DNA from: Octopus sinensis
Lineage: Eukaryota
Reading direction: 5' to 3'
Assembly (NCBI RefSeq): GCF_006345805.1
Contig: NC_043004.1
Span: 71,238,001-71,302,000 of the forward strand
Length of the DNA stretch: 64,000 nt
Shown: positions 44,668 through 58,255 of the stretch, in pieces
Layout of the letters: the number at the start of each line of letters is the position of its first letter
How positions within the stretch are numbered: the stretch's first letter is position 1
Position numbers and translations under genes: made by a program
Notes under the pieces: model-generated
The model's input: the letters and a program-made list of their open reading frames with translations, nothing else
Told to the model about the DNA's origin: nothing
Databases searched by the model: none

Positions 44668-46378
44668 GTTATTAAGCTTTCTTTCCTTCTTCTCTTACTC
44701 CTCTTTTTTCTTCATCTTATTCTTCTAATTGTCTTCACCTTCTGCTGCTGCTGCCGCTGTATCCCCCTCATCCTTGTTTCTCTTCTTTTTCTACTATTTT
44801 ACTATTTCTTCATCCGGTTCTAGATCTTCGTCTTCGTCATATTCTTCTTCGTCTCCATCTTCGTCTTCTTCTAGTCATTCTTTTTCTTCTTCTCCATCTA
44901 TTTCTTTATTTTCTTTTCGTGTTTATTCTTCTTCGACTCCGTCGTCTTCTGTTTTTCCTTCTTTATACTCTCATTCCTTATATTTTCATCCTCTTCTTTC
45001 TCACCCTTCAGCATAATCCTCTTCAACTTCTTCGTCGCAATTTTCTACGTTTTCTCTTCTTTTTAATCTATTCACCTCCACCTTCTCTTTCTCCAACTTC
45101 ATTTTATCTCCATCCACTTTTCCAACATTATCTATTCCGTGTTCTTCATCTACTTTTCTTCTTCTTCGTCTTCTTCTTCTATTCTTCTTCTTCTCTTCTT
45201 TCTTTCTTCTTCTTTTCTCTTAGTCTTCTTATCTATTCTTCTTCTTTTTCGTTTCTTCTTCTATTTCTTTATCTTCTTCTCTTATTTCCTTCTTCTTTCC
45301 TTTTCTTTATTCTTTCTTTATTCTTCTTCTTATTCTTCTTCTTCTTCTTCTTATTCTTCTTCTGTCTTTCTTATTCTTCTTCTTCTTCTTTATTCTTATT
45401 GTTTTTCTTGTGGTGTTTGTTCTTCTTCTCTTCTTCTTCTTATTCTTCTTTTCTTCTTCTTACTTTCTTCTTCTTATTCTTCTCTTCTTCTTCTCCACTT
45501 CTTCTTCTTTCTTGTGTTGTTGTTCTTCTTCTTTCTTCTTCTTCTTCTTATTCTTCGTTTTCTTCCTCTTCTTCTTCTTCTTTTTTGTTTTCTTCTTCTT
45601 CTTCTTTTCCTTCTTCTTTCTTTCTTCTTCTTTCTTTCTTCTTCTTCTTCTTTCTCCTTCTTCTTCTTTCTTCTTCTTCTTCTTCTTCTTTCTTCTTCTT
45701 GTTCTTTCTTCTTCTTGTTCTTCTTGTTCTTCTTTCTTCTTCTTCTTCTTTCTTCTTCTTCCACTTCTTCTTCTTTCTTGTTGTTGTTGTTGTTCTTCTT
45801 CTTCTTCTTCTTCTTCTTCTTCTTCTTCTTCTTCTTCTACGTCTTTCTTTTCCTTGACTTTCACAATGTTTTTCCTATGATTTCTTCATATTGCATCACT
45901 TATTTATCAATCGCCAGATTTCCTTTTCCACTAAATTATAGGCTGTGTAAGCCGCAAACACATCCGGCCCGGAAATTGTCGACGTTCTCGTCCATGTCCT
46001 CATCACCGACATCTTTCGCATTTTCGTTGTTAAATTTCTCCTTCATAAACATCATCAAATTCATCATTGCCTCTTCATCCTCAACGCAAAATGCTTCCAT
46101 CACATGAAGAATTTTCAACACATGTATCACCATCGCCAACATTAACATCATTGTCATCAATGTCATGTTCAGAATCACCATAGAAATGCTAAACCCCATC
46201 AATAACAGAATAATCAACATTAACAAAATCACCGATATCATCATCATCACTACACACATTAGACACTTCCCCTCTCTCCCATCATCATGTTCATTCCTGC
46301 CACAAGGTCCACTATCAAATCTATTGCTACCATCATACTTCGACTCCACCCCTCATTATCATCATTATTACTATCTTT

Positions 46379-46430
<52 letters not shown>

Positions 46431-48043
46431 ACAACATGATCATCATAATCATCAATATCATCATCGGTGCCCTGAACCTTATGGAACTAAACACCATCTT
46501 TTTCTGATTCCCATCGCTTCCATCATTTCATTGCTTAGCCTAATTCTGCCACAAATATGTTCTATATAATTGCTTATTACCTGAATTTTATGTTCCAGGA
46601 ATTTAAGTTCAAATGATATGCGGGCCATCAAGGCCGAAATCTTCCGAGGTCTGTCCAGTTTAGCAACTCTGTAAGTAGAATAATTTATTTTTATAGGATG
46701 TGATCGGCGTTGTGTTTCGAAATCCTTCATTTGAAGCTAGCCCACCCGCCTTTCTACAGTTGCGTTTTATTGTTTGGAAATCATCGTTTGTGTGAGTGTG
46801 TGCCCATTTCTTAGATGTAGGATATATGACGATGTTATAGTTCACGGGAACTATCTGGTACATGCATATGTTTGTCTTTATGTATGCGGAAAATCTATCT
46901 CTGTCCAAAGTGTATGTTTTCCACAGGGTGACCAAAACGAAAATCAGATCTCACAAAACTTTGAATAAAACTGTTTATATAAAGCAACGCAGAGGAACAG
47001 ATCGAGATGAACTGTGGTTTCAGCACAATGGGGCCAACCACCACGCAACAAATGACTCACAAGCCGGGATGAGAGAGCGACTTCCGGAGAGACTGTAGGA
47101 AGCGTGACGTTGAGGGGTTACCGCATTCACTGTTTTTGGACCCTACCCAGATTTTTATCAGTGTGGGTATCTGAAGGAACATGTTTGCCAAAACAAGCCT
47201 GAAATGATTGATGGTCTGAACGAAGCAAACGCAGCAAAAATATGGGAAATAACCAAAGAGGAATACATTCGAGGAATTGAGAATTTTGCGCTGCGTAATA
47301 CTCTTTACTCTTTTACTTGTTTCAGTCATTTGACTGCGGCCATGTTGGAGCACTGCCTTTAATCGAGCAACTCAACCCCGGGACTTATTCTTTGTAAGGC
47401 CAGTACATATTCTATCGGTCTCTTTTGCCGAACCGCTAAGTGACGGGGACATAAACACACCAGCATCGGTTGTCAAGCAATGCTAGGGGGACAAACACAG
47501 ACACACAAACATACAGGCACACACACACACACACTTATATATATATATATATATATACATACATATATACCATGGGCTTCTTTCAGTTTCCGTCTACCAA
47601 ATCCACTCACAAGGCTTTGGTCGGCCCGAGGCTATAGTAGAAGACACTTGCCCAAGGTGCAACGCAGTGGGACTGAACCCGGAACCATGTGGTTGGTAAA
47701 CAAGCTACTTACCACACAGCCACTCCTGCGCCTATTTGGAGCATATCTAGAAAAGAAGACGATTTTTATGGAAAAGATAGGATCGTACACAGACCGATGT
47801 TTAATTTCAGCAAATTTCATAAAATTTGCTGAACCTTTGTATGATTTAATAAAATGTTTTCGGTTCTGTTTTTTTGTTATTTGGGTGGGTGGGGGTCAAC
47901 TTTTATTTTAATAAGCGTGAATGTGAGTGAGGATACTCCCCAGAAATGTAAATATAAGTGTGTGACAATTAAAAAGAAAATTTAGTTGAAATGTGTTTAT
48001 GTACACACACACACACACCACACACACACACCACACACACACA

Positions 48044-48075
<32 letters not shown>

Positions 48076-50969
48076 TAAACAAAATGAGATAACAAAGTCA
48101 AGGCTGAGGTGTTTTCAAGACATTTATAAAGGATAAAATATATATTCAGTCTTACAGCTGTTTCTGGGATACTATGCATATCCCTTCATCAGAGAGGATG
48201 TGAGATGATTAAATAGAGGTAGTTATTGATTGTGGAAAAGGAGGAGATAATGAACATAGAGGGAAAGAAGTGAATGAAAGTAGAAATAAAAATACAAAAT
48301 ATATAAAGATATTGTAGTTGCAGTTACATTAATTTCAGAAAGTGGTGTATAGAAGTGGTAAAAATGGTCCTGTACATGATATGTAAATTATCTAAATTTC
48401 AATAGTAGTTCATGTATATATATATATATATATATATACAACTTATAAACAAGGGCAAAATAAAAAAAATTCTAATGCCAAATATGCCGAAACTAGACAC
48501 ATCGTCCATTAATTACCATATAATTTATCACTATAAGCACGCGTCTCGAAGAAAGCCGACAGAAATTACTAAAAAATTCCTTTATTATTATATCGGACCC
48601 GATTTCTGAGTAAATTCATAAGAACCTTCTCTTCATCAGTGATAAATGCGACAAAAGAAATAAATGAAATACTTACTCATACCCATGGAAGAAGCAAACA
48701 CTAAGTCATGAGCACAATCAAGTACCCCAAATATATCCAAAATAGAAATTCTCCAGCCCATTCGAGACAGGTGCGATTCTAACTGAAAACTCTCATAGAG
48801 TGAAAGAGTCCGGAAGTGAACACTACTAAATTTATATCTAATAAAGGATAAAATTTTTTCGAAAAATATTTTGTCAATGGCCGGCATATTAAGATATACC
48901 TTTAAAGCTTAAATTTATAAACAACTTATAAACAAGGGCAAAATAAAAAAAATTCTAATGCCAAATATGCCGAAACTAGACACATCGTCCATGATCATAT
49001 AATTTATTACTATAAGTATGCATCTCGAAGAAAGCCGACATTCATCATTGACGAAGAGAATGTTCTTATGAATTAACTCTGAAATTGGGTCCGATATGAT
49101 AATAACGGAATTTTTTAGAAATGTCTGTGTTTTGGGTGGCATGAGCTGAAGGGGAGGTATCGTTGTGAGTCTGTAGGTTTTTGGGAGATGTCGGTTGTGA
49201 TTTGGTTGTTAGGTGTTTTTATATTTAGGAGATCAAGAAAAGGGAGTTGAAGTTTGCTGAATTTCATTGTGTATTAAATTTTGGGATGTATGTTGTTAAG
49301 TGTGGCTTTGAATTCCAGAAGTTTTTTATAAGATTCTTTCCATATGATGAAACAATCATCTAGGTATCTTTTCCAGTTTTCCATTAAGTAGATGTGGAAA
49401 CGTTGTCCAAATTTCTGGTGTGATTTCTCATAAAGGGATAGTTCAAAGAGGTTCGCAAGGACTGGTGCAGCTTCGGTACACATCACGATACCACATTTTT
49501 GACGGTAGTGTGTGTTTTCGAACAGGAAGTAATTGTTTGTCAGAATGAACTTGAGTGATTCCGTAATGAAGGTCTTACTAATGCGGTTAGGAAATGCTTC
49601 TGGGTGTTTCTCCAGCCAGAAATCCATTGCTTCAACACCATATTCATGTGGGATGTTGGTATAGAGGTTGATAAAACCAAAGGAAACTTAGAATGCCTCC
49701 TCGTTGGTTGTTTTCGGGAGGTGCTTGAGCATGTCAAGATCATCTCTAATGAAACTTTCGATGTGACTGAGGAAAGGTTTCTATTGCATTCCAAGAATTT
49801 GCTTAAGCAGTGTATTTCGCCAGTTATAATGGGTCTTAGTTTTAAGTCTTCCGGTCCCTTGATGTAGATGTGGATGTCAGAGTTTGCAGGCTTCGGTGAT
49901 GGATCTGTTTTTACGGACTTTAGGGAGGCTGGGCTTCCATTTGAATTTAGTGATGTAATTCTTTTCATTTTCCGTGAGCCTTTGACTGTGTTGGAGTATA
50001 AGAGTGGTGAGGTTTTTGAGTGAAATTTGTTGTTTATAGTTAGTGATTTTTTATACAAAGAATTGTTGTTTAGTAAGGAGAGCACTAGGTGTTTGTTAAA
50101 TTCTGTGTCCATACGGACTGCAGTACTGCCTTTGTCGGCGTCTTTGATAGTAAGGCTTTTGTCCTGTTGTAGGTCTCTTAGCTTTTTCCATTCGTTGTTA
50201 TTAAAGTTGGACTTAACCCTGGTTTTGGATGAGGTAAAATGGAAACTCTGGATGTGGTTGCAAAACTCGTCAGTACTTTATTTCTTCCTTTGGGTGGTAG
50301 GTAGTTGCTTTTGTTTTTAACAGTTGAATCGTCCTCATTGTTGAGGTCTGTAAAAGCTTCTTTTAAACGAAGCTTTCTGCAAAATTATAAAATGTGATTC
50401 TTGATCTCTGTGGAATTGGGTGTGCTTGGGGTGGGTGTGAATTTCAAGCCTCTGGCTAGGATGATAATTTGGGCTGGTGTAAGGGTTTTATTATAGATTT
50501 ATTATTTTAGTTTTCATTTTATGCGTGTGTGATAGCGGTGGTGCCTGTTTTACTCCACTCTGTTTCACTGGATAACTCCCACCACATTTCTTGTTTCACA
50601 CATCCAACCTTCTCGAACAAAACACTACACTGAAACACATGCATCCTAATCCTTGAAACACGTTTTACCATGGAATTCTATTGAACTTTAAAAGCTTAAA
50701 GACACTATGATGTATTTGTATATTTATTTATTTTTGTATATATTTATTACTTTTTTGAAAAAAAAATTTTCTTCTCCCTTTCATATCTTGAATAGTTGCC
50801 ATGCAATGAGAGACGTTTTGAAATCCTTTTTAATCTATCTTACACACATTTATATTAAAATCTGCTTTCAGTTTAGCATTCTGCCTTATTATTTTTTTCC
50901 TTTCCTATCATTTATCCACCTGCGGTTAATCCCGCCATTTACTAAAACACACATACACACACACACACA

Positions 50970-51008
<39 letters not shown>

Positions 51009-51976
51009 TGCCCCTTCGTTACCGAGTATGGTCATTGCACGAAGCTTATTGGTGCTGTGATTGAATGTGACTTTTTAGCCAAGCTAAAGATCTACAATGT
51101 GTTGTACAGAATTGGAAGCTAAAACCTTTACCGGTAATAGCCGGCTGTAGTTGTAACTGGGCTTCATGTACCTTTGCATGTCGTTTAAGTCCTCCTCCCA
51201 CATGCCTGACAGATATGATTAGTGTGGTGTGTAACACCATCAATAGTGGACAGGTTGTCACTCATCTGTCTCACTTTATGACTACGAAGATGACTCTTGA
51301 GTCCAGGTTTGTATATATATATATATATATATATACTGACAGGACACAGAAAGTGTGTCTATGGCCAGCTGGAGGAGTGTATCCTCCTGGGGCTAAAAAC
51401 TACAGTAGCATCCACCCTTAGGGGTTAGCCATATTGAAATGGCAAATATACGTCACGATGTTTTACCGCTACTGTATATAACTCACTTTGATATTTATCA
51501 TTGTTTGATTTCACTTTTTCAATATCAGCGACAGTGGACGCTGGAAAAAGTATAAGTATTTGTGAAGGAAATCTAATTCTCGCCGACAACTATGATTGTC
51601 ACACGCTGACGAGAGGTCAATACCTCGAAACTCGAGTCCGTGTGTATCATAAGTTGAAGACGGGAAGGATGACTTCCCTTTGCAAATACTGACAGGACAC
51701 AGAAAGTGTGTCTATGGCCAGCTGGAGGAGAAGTGTGTCCTCCTGGGGCTAAAAACTACAGTAGCATCCACCCTTAGGGGTTAGCCATATTGAAATGGCA
51801 AATATACGTCACGATGTGTTACCGCTACTGTATATAACTCACTTTGATATTTATCATTATTATATATATATATATATATATTACATGCACATACGTATAC
51901 TACATACATATATAATCTATATATATATATATATATATATAGATATATATATATAATATATATATATATATGTATA

Positions 51977-52014
<38 letters not shown>

Positions 52015-52208
52015 TTTATTGGTAAAACGGTAAGATAACACAAGAAAGAAAGAGACCTCAATATTATGTACATAGAGGAAATTTATCTGTAAAATAATAT
52101 GTGACAATTATTCAAGACCAAGATAAAACTCTGAGTTTCAGATGGCTATTGAATGATTGTCACATATTATTTTACAGATATATATGTTATATATATATAT
52201 ATATATAA

Positions 52209-52247
<39 letters not shown>

Positions 52248-53810
52248 TATATATATATATATATGTATATGTATATATTATTTTTTCCTTTTGGGGTTAG
52301 ATTTTGGGTTAGTTACGGTTAGGGTTAGACGTGGGGGAAGGGTATCTTTTTTCTTCACAAATGTAAATACACTCTATCTGTTTCTTAAACAGGGACATAT
52401 TAAGACAGTACAGAATGTTGTTTACGTAAATGGAGGTAATCGATTGGTTAAAATTGCCGAAATGCTAGAAATTAAAGACGAAATATGTTACCTAGAAATT
52501 ATGATACAAACTGCCGTTCAAACCGAAAAGATCCGGCAAAACAAGCTTCTGTCACTAATATATTCCTTACAATTCCTTCTTAACTCAATATTTTCTTCCA
52601 GATACTTGACTAATAATGATATGAAGGAAATCAATGCGGACACCTTCCGAAATCTGCCCAGTTTAACAAATCTGTAAGTGAAATCATCCTTTCTTATACT
52701 ATTTCGTTGATGATATATTTCTAAATCTGTACTATTTTCTCATCCTTCATTGTAAGCTCTCTCACCTTTCCAAATGTGTTTTATTGTTCGTGAATATGTA
52801 TGTGTGTGAGTGTGTGCTCATTTTTTAGTTATGTGATATTTGAGATGTATGTGTAAAGCCTGTCTTTGTCCAAAGAGTGTGATTTTCTATGTTAATATGT
52901 GTGAATATGAGTAAGAACCTGTTCCTCAGATAATAATTATATGCAAGTGTGCAAATTGAGGAGAAAAATTTGTGCGATCGAAGGCCTTATATCTACTTCG
53001 TCCAGGTCTTTTTCCTTCTTCTTCTTCTCCTTTTTCTTCTTATCTCCTCCTCTTTCGTTTTCCTTCTTCTTCTTCTTCTTCTTCTTCTTCTTCTTCTTCT
53101 TCTTCTTCGTTTTCTTCTTCTTCTTCTTCTTCTTCTTCTTCTTCTCCTTTTTCTTCTTATCTCCTCCTCTTTCTTTTTCCTTCTTCTTCTTCTTCTTCTT
53201 CTTCTTCTTTTCTTCTTCTTCTTCTTCTTCTTCTTCTTCTTTTTCTTCGTCTTCAGCTTCTAGCTTTATTCTTTTTTCGTTTTCTTCGCATTTATCATCT
53301 TTGCTACTTGATTAGTATTTCGTATGAGCCTTAACAATTTTGTCACCAAACCCCTTACCTTCTGTCTCTCAATCTCTGCCCGAATCCTTCTTATTCTCCT
53401 CTGGCTAAACGTATCTTTGTGGATGAATGGGCATTCGCATTGACATGTGTATGTTTGTGTGTATATCAGCCCTCATCACTTAAACAGGAAACCCAACAAC
53501 TTTTCCTCGTTCGCTACATCTTCAGTTCCTTTTTAGGGTCGAGTAGCCAAAGAAATCATCAGCAGGAACCCCTTCCGATTTTGGTCTCTACTCCTTACTC
53601 ACCTCCAACTATCCTCTCTCTCTTTCTCTCTTTGTATATGCACACATATATTCTTGTGGGTGTGTCTGTTTGTCTCATTCTTCTACATCCATCCTGTCCT
53701 CTTCTTCATCCCCTACTTTTCTCTTCTTGTTGTTGCTGTTGTTGTTGCTGTTGTCGTTCTTCTTCTTTTTCTTCTTCTTCTTCTTCTTCTTCTTATTCTA
53801 CTACTACCAT

Positions 53811-53872
<62 letters not shown>

Positions 53873-54930
53873 TTCTTCTCTTTCATCATCGTCATCTTTT
53901 TCATATTCTTCTTCTTCTTCGTTTACTGTTTTTTCTTTGCTTCATCCCATTTCTCGCATTTTTATTCAACATATTCGACTTCTCAATTCTACTCATTTTA
54001 CTTTTCTTCTGCCTTTTGATGTTGTTTCTCTTCGTTTTGATTTTCTATTCCAGTCCCGCGTCATCCTCTTTCTTCTCATCTTTGTATTCAATTTTTCACG
54101 GAGCTCTTTTTATTTCTATCCTTTCCAATGTCGCGATTTTCACATACAATTTTCACCAGATTTATATTTTCAATTCTTCATGATCACCCTCTTAATATTC
54201 ATCATCACTCTCATCAATATCATGAACTTCACAGATGCTTGTACCTTCTATAGCAAGCTCAGTATTATCTTCATCAGTGTTTTTTTTTTACAACAGGTAT
54301 TCGTTTAACCATAATATATTATGCAACACTTTTATAATCTCACCTTTAAAATATATTTTCTGTTACAGACATTTGCAAAGTAATAATATCGAAATCATTG
54401 GAGTAAGAGCCTTGCATGTCCTGCCCAGTTTAAAATATCTGTAAGTTACATAAGTCATGTTCGTAAAATTTCATTGACAATATCATTCATCATTGTTCGA
54501 CCGTGGTCGAGACAATGGAATTTACTATGCCAGACTTCACGGTCCATCATAGCATTACGGACGTCCTGTTGCTGGATGCCTGTAGCCATGGAGATTACAT
54601 CAGGGTAGGAGAGTGTGCGCCCTCTGGTATCGCGAGTAGATGGCTTCCAGAGGAGAAAAGTAGAAATTGCCTCGTTTTGACAATATACTCTCTCTTTACT
54701 CTTTTACTTGTTTCAGTCATTTGACTGTGGCCATACTGGAGCACCGCCTTTAATCGAGCAACTCGACCCCGGGACTTATTCTTTGTAAGCCCAGTATTTA
54801 TTCCATCGGTCTCTTTTGCCGAACCGCTAAGTGACGGGGACATAAACACACTAGCATCGGTTGTCAAGTAATGCTAGGGGGACAAACACAGACACACAAC
54901 ACACACACACACACACACCACACACACACA

Positions 54931-54980
<50 letters not shown>

Positions 54981-55379
54981 GGCGGGCTTCTTTCAGTTTC
55001 CGTCTACCAAATCCACTCATAAATCTTTGGTCGGCCCAAGGCTATAGTAGAAGACACTTGCCCAAGGTGCCACGCTGTGTGACTGAACCCGGAACCATGT
55101 GGCTGGTAAGCAAGCTACTTACCACACAGCCACTCCTGCGCCTATATACTATATACTAATAAACATTCACAATCTTCTCATTCGCACCATATCCTTCTTC
55201 CTCCATACATTTCCAAGAAATGTGTGATTGTGAGTGTCTGTAAAAATGTGTGTCTGTGATTGTGTGCATCTCAATATGTGTGGGCATCTATAATATTTTG
55301 CGTTTTACACACCCTGCGTCATGTTCGTATCCACTCGAACGTTGCTTCCTTTACAACAACAGACATTGCTGCAACAGTG

Positions 55380-55410
<31 letters not shown>

Positions 55411-57370
55411 TCTTTTTATTGCTCTTTCATTCATTATTTTCTTGTTCTTTTAGCTATTCTTATTCCTATACTATATATTTTTTCAGCAAGAATGTGAACC
55501 ACATGTATCCTCATTTCCATCATCATTAGCATCATCATCATAGAAAACACAAGGAAACTGTGTTCTTCGTCATCATCATCATCGACATCTTCATCATCAT
55601 CATCATCATTATCATCATAATCATCATTTGCTTTTTCTCTTTCCATTTCTTCCTTTTTCTTATTTTGCATCAATTTTTTATGTTTTATTGTTGTTGTTGT
55701 TGTTGTTGTTCTTCTTCTTCTTCTTCTTCTTCTTCTTCTTCTTCCCCTCCTCCTCCTCCTCCTCCTCCTCCTTCTTATTTTATTATTATTAACCTTCCTT
55801 TTCTTCTCTTCCTACTCCTTCATTTACTTCGTCTTCTTCTTTGTCTTCTTGAATGAATCCTCATCGTGTTCTGATTTCCATCGCTTCCATCATTTAATTG
55901 CTTAGCCAAATTCTGGTAAATATATGTTCTATATTAACTCAATTTTATGTTCCAGGGATTTAAGTTCAAATTATATGAAGGCAATCAAAGCCGACATCTT
56001 CCGAAATCTGTCCAGTTTAACAACTCTGTAAGTAGAATAATATTTTCCTATCCTTCATTTGAAGCTACCCCACCCGACTTGCAACAAATGTGTTTTTTGT
56101 TTGGAAATCGACGTGTGTGTGAGTGTGTAGTCATTTTTTTAGTTATGTGATATATGACAGTGTGATAGTTCAGGGGAACCCTCTGGTGCATGTATGTGTA
56201 TGTATTTATGGTTGCGGAATATCTTTCTCTGTCCAAAGTGTATGTTTTATGCAGGGTGGCCAAAAGAAATGAAAAAAGATCTCAGAAAGCTTTGAATTAA
56301 ACTGTTTGAATAAAATTTCACTGACGGATAGATCGAGATAAACTGTGGGTTCAGCAAGACGCCCCCCCCCCCTCAGGTATCAAATGATTCCCTAGCCTGG
56401 CTGACAGCGATTTCAGGAGAGGCTGATCAGCAGGAAATGTGACGTTGAGTGGGCACCACATTTATTGGTCTAGGAACTCCTAGATTTTATTAAAGTTGGA
56501 AACTCAACGATTAATGAACTGAAGCCAGCAATCACAGCCAAAAAATCAGGGAAATGCTCAAAGAAGAATGTGTTCGAGTAATTGACAATTTTGTACGACG
56601 TTTGCAATTGTTTGCGCGATGTGTGTCATTTGGAGCATATTTTGAAACAGATATGACTTTTAAGCAAAGGGAATAATCATACACAGCCCTAAGTTTAAGT
56701 CCAGCAAATTTCAAGATATTTGCTGGAACTTTGTAGGATTAAATAAAATATATTTGGGTTCTAATTTATTTTGGTGGCCACCCTGTATATTAATGAGTGT
56801 CAATGTTAGTGAGGACTCTTTTCTGACGTATATAAGTGTGAGGCAAATAAGTAGAAAAATCAATTGAAATCTGTTTATGTACATATATTTAGAGAGATTT
56901 AGAAAAAGTATTTCTATCTTTGAAGATCCAGTAGATGTCTCTCACTGAATATATATATATATATATCACGTGACCGTGACCGACCAGGCCATCAGATGCC
57001 GCCACACATCGCTGGTCACAATGCGTTCGCATTTTTTTAGCCTTCGAATGACGCCACCCCGCTGGCTAAGCGAGCAGGCCAATATATACATATATATATA
57101 TATATATAATTAAACATTCGACCAGACAGTTAACAGCGACCCCTGCTGAGTTGAGTTTATGTACTCCGTATTGATAAATGGCAAATACTCCGAAACTAGT
57201 CTGTGAATGCTGAACTAACAGGTGGACGCTAATAATCTCGCCTCTTCTGAGGACGTAATAGAAACAGGTTTGGTTGTTAAAGAGCTAGATGGAGGCGATG
57301 GCTTCTTGGAGCTAATCAACGGAACATTCTCCTCTGATTCTTCTAGACTGCCATGTGAGCTTGGTGAGAA

Positions 57371-57413
<43 letters not shown>

Positions 57414-57864
57414 GTCACTGTTTATATATGACTGTCTGCATGCGAATCTATAAAAATGAATGTGTAATTCAGTGTATATGGTGAACTTTGTTTAGGTTTC
57501 CACCAGCATTGATGACCGTCTTCGACTTTACATCTTTTCTTTCTGCTCGTTGTTGTTGTTGATCTCTCTTTACCAATCTTCTTTGACTTCTTGCTTTGCT
57601 CCTTTTAACCACCTTCTTCTTCTTCTTCTTCTTCTTCTTCTTCTTCTTCTTCTTCTCTTCTTCTTCTTCTTCTTCACCTTCTTCTTCGTCTACTTGATCC
57701 TATCATCATCATCATCGTCATCATCATCATCATCGTCATCGTCATCATCATCATCATCATCGTCATCGTCGTTATCATCATCATCGTTATCATGGTCATC
57801 ATCATCATCATCGTCATCATCATCACCATCATCATCATTGTCATCATCATCATCATCATCATCG

Positions 57865-57913
<49 letters not shown>

Positions 57914-58224
57914 CGTCATCGTCGTCATCATCATCATCCTCATCATCATCGTCATCGTCATCGTTTTCGTCATCGTCATCATCATCATCGTCATCATCGC
58001 CATCATCGCCATCATCGGCATTATCATCATCATCATCATCATTGTCTTCGTCATCGTCATCATCATCATCATCGTCTTGATCATCATCATCATCATCGTC
58101 ATCATCGTCATCATCGTCATCATCATCTTCATGATCATCATGATCATCATTATCATCATCATGATCATCATTATCATCATCATCATCATCGTCATCATCA
58201 TCATTATCATCATCGTCATCATCG

Positions 58225-58255
<31 letters not shown>

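Noticed and set aside
52290-52330. Interstitial telomere or chromosome-fusion scar
   Set aside because: Only a few degenerate ggttag units inside a short repeat element.
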